Shown one piece after another: positions 1 to 12,342 of a DNA stretch of 64,000 nucleotides (the stretch's first letter is position 1; each line of letters starts with the position of its first letter). The stretch lies in the NCBI GenBank assembly GCA_951406725.2, contig OX597826.1:31186001-31250000 (forward strand), read 5' to 3'. Both the position numbers and the translations under genes were made by a program. The notes under the pieces are model-generated. The model had not been told where the DNA came from. It saw only the letters and a program-made list of their open reading frames with translations, and did no database searches. The stretch comes from Octopus vulgaris. Lineage: Eukaryota.

Positions 1-560
1 TTACTGCAATCACCCGGTTTCAATAGTTCTGCTGTTATATATCACTGCAGGCTTTTATACAAAGGTACGCCTTACTTCCCATGTCGTTGGCTTTAGCAAG
101 AAGAACCAGTGCTCCATATTGTAATTGTTGGTGGTGGTGGTAGCGGTAGTGATAACGCTGTGTATTGCAATGTAGCGGTGATCTTATCTCTTCAGTAGCC
201 TAAATAAAATGAATGATTAATGCTACACTCTGTACATTCTTCTAATCACTGATACCGTTCGGTTAATCTTATCTTGCGGCCCTATTGTGGGTCTTATTGT
301 TGCACTGCACAAAAGCTATGAATATATTTAGAATGCCTATACAGACGAAAATAAACTATGAAACGAAACATTTCGGACCTTATATGTGGTCGCTTGATTT
401 TGCTAGAAATAGCAAACAAATTCATTATTAAAATCATACTCAAATATAAAGCGTTATGATTTGCTTGAACCATGGCATTATGGGTAAATAATATAAATGT
501 TCGAGAAAAAGCTTTGGGCGATGCAGGCTTGCCGGTAATAAAACATTTCTCAGAAGTCTT

Positions 561-591
<31 letters not shown>

Positions 592-1354
592 GAAAGAGTG
601 AACCTTTGCCGAAATACTAAATTTTATTAAAGAACCTATGTGAAGTAATACAATATTTTCTTAATCGGCATCGCTCTGTATATTTTACCTTGCTTCTTAC
701 CTGCATTGCTCAAAGGTTTTTTTTTGGGGGGGGGGCATTTATATCACAAACTCAAATACCTTTAAAAAGTGAGACAACATTGATAATGTTACTGTATGTT
801 CCCTTGCAAAAACGTATCTGTTAAGGTTGGAATGTTCGATCAGAGATTGGCTAGGGACCACACGACAAAGCCGGCAACAACAATATCAACAACAACGAGT
901 TAAGGATAGTAGCCTTTATGTGATCACTTGTAAGAAATAGAAGCCATATAGCTATCAAATTATATACTACCATCTTTAAAAGGGGGACTACATTCTAAAT
1001 GATAGGCTTGTATGCTTCTAAAAGGCCAGTACCATCAGAGGTGAAATTCCTTTGAGCGTGGCTTGGGTCAGTCAGGGTGGATCTTGGGCTAAACAACAAC
1101 AACAACTACTACTACTACTACTACTATTACTACTACTACAAATGAGTTTCAAACGAGCAAATGTGGAGTCTTCAGTAAAGCTAGAAATAACAGATCTACT
1201 GGACTAGGACTGATCTGAACCTGAGCGGTAACAACAGCAGAATGAATAGTTCCACCCGTAATAAAAACACTTTTCCGGTGTTGTCAGTCATTTTAGAAAC
1301 ATTTCAGTCGCTTTTTTTCTTTTTTTTTTTCAGCTAAACATACAATTTTTTTTT

Positions 1355-1660
1355 ACTTGTTTCAGTCATTAGATCGTGGTCATGCTGGGGCACTGCCTTG
1401 AAGTTTTTTAATCGAACAGCTCGATCTTAGATCTGGTACCTTTTACCGAACCGCCAAGTTTGGGTGGCATAAACAAACCAACACCGGTTATCAAGTGGTA
1501 GTGAACAGAAACACAAAGATACACTCGCACATTCTCAAAAACACACAACGGGCTTCTTTCGGTTTCCATCAGCTAAATCTACTCTCAAGGCATTGGACGA
1601 GTCCGGAAGCCACGCGGTTGCAAAGCGTGTTTTTTAACCACCCAGCCATGTCTGTGCCTA
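1355..1660 (-). mobile_element. SINE family A, diverged
   Basis: TTCAGTCATT..CATGCTGGGGCAC..ACACCGGTT..AACCAC motifs in order. Confidence 0.75.
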
Positions 1661-2700
1661 TATCCATTTTAAATAAAATATGGCCTTACTTACAACATAT
1701 AACAATGGTCGAAATATAATTTTTAAGACGTGAAGGGATATAAATTTGATGTAGGCGAGAATTTCCTCGGATCCATAGACTCCGCTCTTGTCTACTGTTT
1801 ACCGGAAGTATTAATTACGAAAATTAATTTGAATGGTGTTAATAAAACTTTAATTTTCAAACATTCAACTGGCTCTATTTATTCAAAATTCCGTTAACTT
1901 TTTATTACTTTAGACCTGTTCAAAATAAAGCAATGTTAATTTTTACTAACGCAATGCTTGACCTAATGCACCACCCGATGTGACACCACTACCTAGCATA
2001 AATTGATAGATATAACACACTATCCACTTTAAACATTGCCTTTAGCGGTGTTCAATTTGTTGCTGTCACCGAAAACATTAACTCAGCTCTCAAGTTTATC
2101 TTTTTTTTTTTTGGTGGGGTGGGGGTTTACCTGCAGATGTTCATCATCTACATGAGTCTCATCTATCTAGGTAAGAATCTTCAAAGATCACAAATATTAC
2201 TTCCTCTTCCCTTTTTAAGAGTATGGGGTTGTAACTAGTTGCATAGGAAATTCTGTAATAACACCTATGGGGTCATTTAGTATAACACAGTTGTTTTAAG
2301 GAGTTCGTGGATTTTTTTTTTACTGTTCGTTACAGGCCAGTATTTCTGGTTCGAGTTCTAAGCCTCTCTTCTATCAAACAACAAGGAACAGGGCTGCAGC
2401 ATACAAAGGAATTAATTACCATTTCCTTCAGATTTGAAGGCGTTTCACAAAGCAGTGTGTCACAAAAATATATAAGCACATGCGTGTGGCACACACGTAG
2501 CTAAAATGCTCGTGAAATGCATACGTGACACTCGTGACGAAAATGCACGTGGCACAGGTGAGATGTGCACAGCACGATTCACATGTGACAAACTGTACGT
2601 GATATCCACACGTGACTCACGAACGATAAAAATGCACATCATATAAGATATGCACAGGGTACACATGCTAGTGTTTCGGCCAAATCACATTTCTATTGTA

Positions 2701-3112
2701 CAGGGTGTTCAAAATGCTTCTCCGCAGTGAATTTTTCGGTGAACGGATTATTTCGAAGGGACTTTGGCCACCAAGATCACCTGATTTAACACCGCCAGAC
2801 CTTTTTTTTCTGGGGAGCAAGTAAAGGAACAGTGTACAAGAATCGCCCGAAAAACCATTAACGAGCTAAAAGACGCAATCATAACCTTCACACACGGTCC
2901 ATACCGCGTCAGACTCTCCAAGATGTATTTCAGAACATGTGTAGAAGAGTCAACTTATGTATTGAAAATGAAGGACGACACTTTCAACACCTCTTATAAA
3001 GCTTTTTAAAAGTCTTGTAAAGTCTAATATATTCTTTTGTAGTCTTATACCGTCTTAGAAATACTTATTTTGCAATAAAATACTTACTGTGGAGGACTTT
3101 TTGAACACCCTA
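2701..3112 (+). mobile_element. Internally deleted Tc1/mariner-superfamily element (rosa/DD41D-like C-terminus)
   Basis: TIRs CAGGGTGTTCAAAA.. / ..TTTTGAACACCCT flanked by TA. The interior retains WPPRSPDLTPPD..FWG..VYKNRP..INELKDAI..CIENEGRHFQHLL* across frameshifts. Confidence 0.82.
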
Positions 3113-3217
3113 TATCTTAAATATATTTTGAAATGTGAGCGAGTACTAAAGAACAAACTACTCAGATCTTACCTGGAGCTCTGACGCTACTTTTTCACCT
3201 GTTACCCTCTGACCTTC

Positions 3218-3288
<71 letters not shown>

Positions 3289-3599
3289 CACACACACACA
3301 TACATACGCACGCATACCTGTATGTATGTATTCTCTTTTTGTTTTACAGAAAAAGGAATGTGTTGGTATACATATATTTTTCTGTGTTATTGTTACTATT
3401 ATCGTTTAGCCCCAGGCCAGCTTTCATCCAGCAAATCTATTTATGATCTAAAACATTCTAACAGGGATAATCCAGGATTATATTATCTAATCTCCCTCTT
3501 TTTCTTAAGACGTGATAAAAGGGGAATTGCATAAGGGCTCTCTTGTAAACTCGACTTATTAATTAATTAACCAATTAATTAACATCTTTATTTGTTTAT

Positions 3600-4170
3600 T
3601 GGCGTAAACATGGCTATGTAGCAAAGAAGTTCGCTTCGCAACCACCTGGTTTTGGATTCAGTCCCACTGTATGGAACCTTGAGCAAGTATTTTCTGCCAT
3701 ACCTCCTTGTGGCTGAATTTGGTGGAGTGAAACTATGTAGAAGCCCGACGAATATGTATGTGTGTGTGTGTATATATGTATGTGTGTATATATGTCTGTG
3801 TGTATGTATATGTATGTGTGTATATATGTCTGTGTGTATGTATATGTATGTGTGTGTATATATATATATATATCTGTGTGTGTGTGTGTGTATGTGCGTA
3901 TATATATGTGTGTGTGTGTATGTATATATGTGTGCATATATGTATATATATATACATGTGTGTATGTATATATATATATATACATGTGTGTGTGTGTGTC
4001 AAAAAATAAAAACGGCTGCACGTTTACGTCACGTGACATAGCTGTTCGGCAAAAAGTTCTCGATAGAATATGTCCGGCGCAAAGTAAGTACGATGGTCGA
4101 TTTAGACGGTTGACCCCACTTCGGTGCAGTGCTCCAGCTTGGTTGGAGTCCGATGACCGAAAGAAATAAA
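3600..4170 (+). mobile_element. SINE family A with expanded internal microsatellite
   Basis: Head at 3600-3750, (TG/TA)n at 3752-4000, diverged 3' half. Confidence 0.75.
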
Positions 4171-4319
4171 AAATATTGTTATATAAGGTTTATGTCATCT
4201 GAACCTGTAACCGAATTCTGTAGCTTTAAGAAAATAAGAGATTAATATTTCTCCTGGATTAGACGCTAGTGCATTGGGTAAAAATACAGGAAGTCGGACC
4301 AGTGGATATACCTCTACAT

Positions 4320-4512
4320 AGTCGCTTAACCTGCTAGAAACAGCAGCTAAATCTCTCTCAGATCACACACTGTTATTTTAAATAAAGGACACATTTGATA
4401 TTGTAGTTAATCCTAAATATCGCTAAAATACAGGGTGGTCATGGCGAGGATGTCTGTGATCATAGGCCTGCTCCGATTAAGTTCGACCAAGGGCTAAACA
4501 TCTTCTACAACA
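4320..4512 (+). repeat. Old dispersed repeat family E (representative copy)
   Basis: GTCGCTT.ACCTGCTAGAAA.AGCAGC.AAATCT...GGGCTAAACAAC. Diverged copies near 385, 915-1100, 3395-3530(-), 11975-12150, 17800-17990(-), 26555-26720, 46940-47150(-), 48085-48320(-), 56470-56700(-) and 59400-59625. Confidence 0.7.
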
Positions 4513-5571
4513 ACAGCAAGTGGAATCCAGATAGACTTACAAAGAAGACGCATGAATGCGCGCATGCATAAAACATGAAGTGAACTTGCGGCCCGCGAGT
4601 TAGTTTTTCGCACACGAAAAATATGAGTAACGGCCAATATAGACTCACGTGCTTTCCTCTCGCCCACCCCTTCAGTTATTGTATTACGTGTACCGTAAAT
4701 AATAAAAACGGTCGGCCAGTGGTGAGGTGTGTCAGAGTAAGCCGGCATCGATCCTGGACACATGTTGTTTCATTATTTCACTGACGTCACAAAAGCCTTT
4801 AGTGAAAGGGCTTCAACATCCTGTTGTCTTTTGTTTTGTAAGTTATTTTTGTTTAGTTTTGTTTTGTTTTGTTTTGTTTGGAAAAAAATAAACAATGGAA
4901 ACTTTACGCTTCGTGATTGTGCAAGAAGTCATTATTGATGTACACACACAACACTTCATCGAATGAGGTAAGAGGTGAAGGGGGAGGAGGAGAGAGAGAG
5001 AGAGAGAGTTATGCAAGAGATGCAGGTGAAAGGCAGAGCAGACAGACGGACAGATAGATGGAAATGAAGGTGTGAGAAGCGGAGCGGGCAGGTAGAGAAG
5101 AAAAGAGTGATGTAAGAAATCATTAATGTTATAACCCCTCCTCTCCCTTTCTCAATATGGAATTTTTTAATAATGGGGGATTAAACCATAGAACACAGTA
5201 AGAGGAGGAGGAGGAGCGGGAATTATGCAAGAGACGGAGGAAAGAGAGAGAGAGAGAAGGACAGTTAATCATAAAGGTGTGACGCGAAGTGGAAGATAGG
5301 TGGGTGAAGAAGTAGGTGATAGAAGAAAGATGGAGAATGGAGATGTAAAGCAGTAAAAGGGAAGAGAGAGGGGGATGATGAGAGAAAGAGAGAGAGATGG
5401 AGGGTAATATATATAAAAGTACAGGGTGGGAGGGATAGAAAGAGTGGTGGGTGGGTGAAAGGAAGGAAGAAGTGGAATGAGAAGCGTGAGAGAGGAAACA
5501 GGGACGAACAGGAAATGTGTGTATGCGTGTGTGTACAAATATATGCTTGTGAATATGTGTTGTGTGTGTGT

Positions 5572-5840
5572 GTGGCCTAGTGGTTAGAGCATTTTACTCA
5601 TCATCGCTAGATCGTGGGTTCGATTCCAAGACGCGTAGTGTTCTTGAGCAAAACACTTAATTTCACGTCGCTCCAGTCTACTCAGCTGTAAATGGGTCAC
5701 ATTGTAACGGAATCGCTTTCTGATCGGGGTGGGGAGCTGCTCCCCTAAACAGGGTGGTGGCATCATTCGAAAGCTGGAAAAATTATGCAAAGCGGATTGT
5801 GACCAGCGTTGTACAACAACATTCGATAGTCTGGTCGATA
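5572..5840 (+). mobile_element. tRNA/CORE-like SINE, family D
   Basis: TGGCCTAGTGG A box, GGTTCGATTCC B box, GTGTTCTTGAGCAAAACACTT..CAGCTGTAAATGGG CORE-like block. Confidence 0.8.
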
Positions 5841-6088
5841 CGCTTCAGAAATGTAACTATACGTGTACAGTTGGCGATTTATTTTCCTTCTTTGGGTTTT
5901 TCCTTTTCTCCTTTCCGATGAAGAGCCACGCTTGAAACGTCAAACTCTCTCCTTTCCCTGAATCTCAAGCTAATACGTTTCTTATGCACATCCTCATGTT
6001 GTCCGTTTTTATTCGCTTATTTGAATTGACTATAGATAGATAGATAGATAGATAGATAGTCTCAAGCAGAGGGTTGTACATGCATGTA

Positions 6089-6288
6089 TTAGGTTGGTGC
6101 ATAATTATTGCGGCTTTTTTCCAATAGATTTTATTCAATTAAAACAACATTTAACAAAAACCATCTTTAAATGATTATTCCGGAGCATATTCACCATCTA
6201 CTTCAATTTCTGCTTAGCGTTTTGTTTAAATTTTTTGTTGAATGAAATTTATTGAAAAAAAAGCCGCAATAATTATGCACCATCCTAA
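6089..6288 (-). mobile_element. Mariner-derived MITE
   Basis: About 50-bp TIRs beginning TTAGGTTGGTGCATAATTATTGCGGC, TA duplications at 6087 and 6289, and a remnant of a transposase end (EVDGEYAPE*) on the minus strand. Confidence 0.85.
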
Positions 6289-6298
6289 TATAGTTGTT

Positions 6299-6362
<64 letters not shown>

Positions 6363-6912
6363 CTATGTATTCTTTCCCCGGCAACAACGTGATATACCAG
6401 AAATATACACACACGCACACTCTTACATCGTTCTCACTTGTCTATAATTTGATACAAAACATGAAGCGCAAAATTGTGGGAGGGAGAAATATTCTATTGC
6501 AGTGCTACTACGGTCATGCTGGAGCATCGTCTTCAAAGGTTTTAGTCGATCGTATCGATCCCAGTAATTATTTTCAGACTGATATTTATTTTATCGATCT
6601 CATTTCAATGCGTGTCTAAGTAAGATATCCTTTGATAACTGAGGACGCAAGTCGAGACACTTCATTCACATCTATATACACAAACACGAAAGCACATATA
6701 TGACATATTCACACACACGCACGCACGCACGCACACACACAATGTATATTGCTGATTCTGCTTGAAAATTATGTTGAAGGTATATGTGGTGTTTGTGTAT
6801 CAATGTGGTATGTGCGTCAGCCATTTTGAACTGAATCTGCACTTAAAAGGATTTTATCCTTTATATATATTGTTCAGTATTTACGTGTTGAAAAAATTTA
6901 TTTTTCTACTTG

Positions 6913-6954
<42 letters not shown>

Positions 6955-6961
6955 CACAGTG

Positions 6962-7270
6962 TGGAGGCGCAATGGACCACCGGTTAGGGCAGCGGACTCT
7001 CGCGGTCGTAGGATCGCTGTTTCGATTCCCAGACCGAGCGTTGTGAGTGTTTATTGAGCGTAAACACCTAAAGCTCCACGAGGCTCCGGCAGGGGGTGGT
7101 GGCGATCCCTGATGTACTCTTTCGCCACAACTTTCTCTCACTCTTTCTTCTGTTGGTGGCCTGCTCGCTTAGCCAGCGGGGTGGCATCGTTTAAAGGCTA
7201 AAACAATGCGAAGCGCATTGTGACCAGCGATGTGTAGTAACATCTGAGAGCCTGGTCGATCACGGTGATA
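6962..7270 (+). mobile_element. SINE with C-type head/body and a different 3' tail
   Basis: Head and body as 14281; tail GCATTGTGACCAGCGATGTGT..CTGGTCG as at 5790-5840. Confidence 0.82.
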
Positions 7271-7282
7271 TATATATATATA

Positions 7283-7653
7283 CAGTAGAACCTCGGAGTA
7301 CGAGTGCCCCATTGTACGAGTAGATTGCTGTACGAGTCGATGCTAGTGCCAATTTTTGTCTTGAAGTACGAGCGGAAATTCGCAACCGTTCCGGCTTTAA
7401 GGTAATTCTGTTGATAAAACTAGTTTACGTATTTCTTTTGTATTCTCTTTTTTATAATTGTCATTTTACTTGTAACTACACCTTTTCTGTTTTAAAACCC
7501 ATAAAAAATTATTTTTGAGTGGTTTGTGGGGGTTGGAACTGATTAATTATATTTTAGTTAATTTCAATGGGGAAAATTGATTTGCAAAACGAGTAAATCA
7601 TATGACGAGCTCGGTCATGGAACGAATTAAACTCTTCCTGCGAGGTATCACTG
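7283..7653. mobile_element. pogo/Tigger-like MITE
   Basis: Ends TA-CAGTAGAACCTCG... and ...CGAGGTATCACTG, subterminal TACGAG repeats, no ORF. Confidence 0.65.
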
Positions 7654-7939
7654 TCTTTATATATAAACTCAATATGCGTATGCTTCAGAAAAAAACATTA
7701 GTCCTGAGTGTAATAAGAAATGATGTGACAAAGGAACAAGAACTTCTGTAGGTTACAGCAGTTTCTGCTTTAAGATGCAATGCACTCATAGTTAAGCGCT
7801 TGTGTATCACTTCTGTTCGCTTATAATTTATGCAATCTTTTATTACGCTCTGTACTCAACTAACGCTTTTTAAAGTTTATGTGTCTGTGTGTGTGATAAT
7901 GCTTCTACAAGAACTCGATCAGCTAAGAAAGTAAATATA

Positions 7940-8300
7940 ATCTTTTCTACTCCAGGCACAAGGCCCGAAATTATTTGGGGTCGGGAAGACAGTCGATTAG
8001 ATCGACCCCAGTACGTAACTGGTACTTAATTTATCGACCCCGAAAGGATGAAATAGAAAGTCAATCTCGCAGGATCTGAACTCAGAACGTAAAGGCAGAC
8101 GAAATACCTATTTCTTTACTACCCACAAGGGGCAAGAACAGACAAACGGATTAAGTCAATTATCTCGACCCCAGTGCGTAACTGGTATTAATTTATCGAC
8201 CCCGAAAGGATGAAAGGCAAAGTCGACCTCGGCGGAATTTGAACTCAGAACGTAGCGGCAGGCGAAATACCGCTAAGCATTTTGCCCAGCTCGCCGCCTT
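7940..8300 (-). mobile_element. SINE family B, duplicated form
   Basis: Reverse complement of the 54003-54385 architecture. Confidence 0.88.
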
Positions 8301-8313
8301 AAAGTTTAAATAT

Positions 8314-8576
8314 AATGTTATAATAAAAGCCACAAATCTGGTTAAATACTGCTACACAGGGTTTTCTGCTCGAAATGATAATTTATTTCGCCATTTTCGA
8401 GCTAAGAACAAGACCGTTTTTCAGTTGTCCTTTGAGTAGATGATGTTTATCTGCTCAAAGGACAACTGACAAACGGTCTTGTTCTCAGCTTGTAAAATGG
8501 CAAAATAAATTATTATTTCGACCAGGAAACCTAGGGTGGCCGTATTTAACAAGATATGTGATTTTTATTATAACAT
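8314..8576. mobile_element. Palindromic fold-back element (MITE-like)
   Basis: About 130-bp imperfect inverted arms meeting near 8443 (CAGTTGTCCTTTGAGTAGAT / ATCTGCTCAAAGGACAACTG). Confidence 0.75.
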
Positions 8577-8899
8577 ATTATATATACACGAGTGAAAGAT
8601 AATGGCACTCAACATGGTTGCAAGGAGTTATATGTATTATCTAATAACAGTTTGTTTCGTATCCGTACCACTTAAAAGTTTCGTAGGCTCGTAAAAAAAG
8701 ATACTTGAGGAGACAGGTTTGTTCTACAAGCCTACGAATCTGTAGATTGTACGGTACTGAATCAAATTATTAAATATGTGAGTATATAACGTCGAGCTGC
8801 ACATAACCAGTTATGGTATAAAACTGAACAGAGAATTACTGATGGTTTTGCGCCACTGTTGCACTTGGCAATATTGGTCTTTAGACATTCTGGCCGGAA

Positions 8900-9535
8900 G
8901 CTACCACGACCACACCTACCATCGCCGCTACAAACACTACGGTTGCAACCCGCACTGCTACAACCACCACCACCGCCGCCGCCGCCATCACTGTCGCAAA
9001 AACCACCACATCTGCAACTATTACCGGCACAGTAACCGCTACGACCACCACCAATACCATCACCATCACCATCACCGCTATTCCTAGCAAATAATATTTT
9101 TCCAACCACATATTTTTAATGCCACGACAAAAAGCAACAATGACCGACACTGCTTTTATTACCATTCACCGTTACCACTGACAGCAGCAGCACTACCACA
9201 ACAACAATCACTACCAACATCACTACAACTACTACCAACAGCAACATCATCATCATCACAATCACTAACAACAAAGCCACAATCACCACAACCACCACCA
9301 CAACTACAAAACACACCCATAGTTATAAACTCTACCACAACCGCCACCGTCATCACGCCTCCCCATAATCACGAATACCACCACTGACAACACCACCACC
9401 CTCACAATTGCAGCTACTACCATAATCACTGATACTACCACCGCCACCACCACCACAACTATTAACACCACCGACTACAACAACCTTATCAGCAACACCA
9501 CCAACATAATGCATCGATATCACAGAGTACCACAC
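8900..9535. repeat. Degenerate (ACC/ACT/ACA)n trinucleotide tract
   Basis: Seen directly; interrupted by stops. Confidence 0.85.
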
Positions 9536-10170
9536 CCCACCAATTTACTATATTTAATAAAAGCCTAATAATTGTGAATTGGTTACCTGAAAGAAAGAGA
9601 AACAAAATGCAATAATAATAATAATAATAATAATAGACTACACAGAAAAAGACAGACGAAAATTGTAGTTATTTTTCTATTTTTCAAGTTCTTTCTATTT
9701 ATTGGGGAAGTGGCCATCGTTTTTATAGTCGTTGTTATTGTTGTTGTTTCCTGTCTGCGTTTTGATCTATTTTATAGTTGTAATAGTTTTCGATGTGTTA
9801 TATTGGACCTATTGATTTTTGTTATGCAGTGTGTGGCCTTTATTATTTTTTTATCCTTTTTAATAGAAACTGAGGAGAGCGAGATCAAAGGGAAGCAATT
9901 CAAAGTTTGCGTGCATGTGTGTGTGTGTATGCGCGCGCGTGTGTATGTCTATATGTTTTTGTGAACTTATAACGGGAAAAAATAAATAAAAGCGTCTACC
10001 TTTCACATCCTCTCTCTTCTGTGTTGTTAGTGAATGAGAGAATTACCCTAAGCTGGTGGATAAAAAGTCATGTAAAATAAACATTAGTCGTGATCGTCTG
10101 CTGGAGTATAGCGAGTCTCTCTATCTATCTCTCAATCTTTCTCTCACTCACTCTCTCTCTATATCAACAG

Positions 10171-10223
<53 letters not shown>

Positions 10224-10499
10224 CTGCGTGTTTGAAGAAAATGGAGAGGGTGTTTGACGAGATGTGAGGTCATGAATTGTCGAATGATGCTGAACAGAAG
10301 CTGCCTGTGATAATATTAATGTCGACGAGACTTGGACAATATATTTATTTGCTTATTTATTCATTGATTCGTGGTTTTTCAATGCTTTTATTTTTATATA
10401 AAAGCAACCAGTATTTCTATTTTTGTCTAGGAAGTTCCCTCAAACGATCAATCTATACCTTTATCTACCTAACGCTATCTATCTATCTATCTATCTATC

Positions 10500-10563
<64 letters not shown>

Positions 10564-10632
10564 TTATCTACGTCTCTACCGCTCTCGACCTCTTGCACTA
10601 TTTATCTGTCTCTACCGTTCTAAACCTCTTGC

Positions 10633-10674
<42 letters not shown>

Positions 10675-10804
10675 CCTCTACCCCTCTCTCAATCCCTCAT
10701 CAATTATTTCTATTTCTATTTCTACCTCACTCGATCTCTCGCTCTATCTATACTTTATAACACACTCTCTCTCTCTCCCTCTCTCCCTCCCTCCCTCCTC
10801 TCCA

Positions 10805-10839
<35 letters not shown>

Positions 10840-12199
10840 AGCAACTTATCTATATATCCCAAACTCTCGTTCCAGCTATATATTTCTCTCTCCTCCTCTC
10901 ACACATTTATACACTGTCTATCTATACTCCTGTCTGTTTCTTACTCTCTCTTTTTAATTAACCCTGTTTAAATATATGAATAGTCCTAAATCTACCTATT
11001 CATATCCCTTTCATCCACGTAGCCCCTGCCCCTCGCTAGCCATCCCTTTTTCGTTTCGTCTTTAATCATATCCTTCTCTTTCCCCTATCACTTTCTAATC
11101 TCCCTACCTCCCTATTTCTTTTTCCATCCGTAACTCTACCTCACGCCATCCTTAACCCATTCCTTCATTCTCGTCTCCCAGTTTAATTCTTTAATTCTTC
11201 TTCCATATCGCTGTTTCTCTCTTCGTTTCCCTTCCACTCCTCACTCTCCGCTCTCTTTCTCTTTTTTCTCTCCTCTTTATCTTTTCTCTCCCCTTTCACT
11301 CTTCCCCCCCCCTCTCCTACATCCCCAGATACGTATTCATTAATACAAATATTATCATTGATTTGGTAATGAAAGAAATTCAATAACATTTCGATTCGTT
11401 AAAATATTAAGTCCCATTAAAATTAGAAACCTATTTCACCTCCTCTCTATACACCATCATTCTACCCCACCTCCCCGATTCAGTACATTAGAGTTGTATA
11501 TATCCTAATGTTAATGCAATCTTTTCTAAAAAAAAAAAAAAAAAAAACGAAACACAAAAATGGCGTCGTTATTAGTTTAACGCACAAACTCAATTCAACC
11601 ATAAAATCTGACATATATTTATTTAAATAGATTTTATTTATTTATTTTCTGTAACATGTTATCATTTTTATTATTGTAATTAATGCTGTTATTGCCATTG
11701 GAACAAGACAAGAAGCTAGGGGAAAAGGGGAGAGGGAAGTGTCGACTGGTGGAAACTACGATAAAGTTTCGAACCCCCAGCTGAAGATAGTTCATTTCAG
11801 TTATGACAGAAACGCTCTACGGGAAAGAATAAACCTCAAAATACCTCTTAGTTTGTTCCTCATGGAGTCGAGAAATGGTGGAGTAGCTGCCATTTTGGAT
11901 TGTCAACTCACACGTTTGGAATCTTCTCAAATTCGCTGAAGGTGACCAAAATGAGGAACTATTAACGCTTCACTCGAACCGCTAGAAAAATATCCAGTTC
12001 TCCTTAAAATCACAACCTATTGTCTCATAGGAGGGGGGGGACAAGTTAGACAATGTAGTTTCTGGTAAACAAAAAAGATGGAATGGTCATAGGTGGAGGG
12101 CTTTTAATCATAACTCAGAAGGTCTGTTTGATATCTAAACAACAACAAAAGCTAGATATTTCGTTGGTCTTTAAGCTGCAGTATAAATTATATTGGCAG

Positions 12200-12300
12200 C
12201 TTCTATTATAGGCCCGAGGAGCAACTAGTAATTTGTGTGGGAATTTAGTAGAGACAAACTGTGGGGAAGTTTGTGTGTGTGATATATGTACACACACACA

Positions 12301-12342
<42 letters not shown>

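Noticed and set aside
2137-2170. Plus-strand 34-nt micro-exon (CAG|ATG..TAG|GTAAGA)
   Set aside because: Purine-rich sequence directly upstream and no partner exon; it overlaps the equally speculative minus-strand candidate.
8762-9535. Mucin-like Thr-rich or Gly/Val-rich ORFs
   Set aside because: Degenerate trinucleotide repeat with stops and no exon borders.
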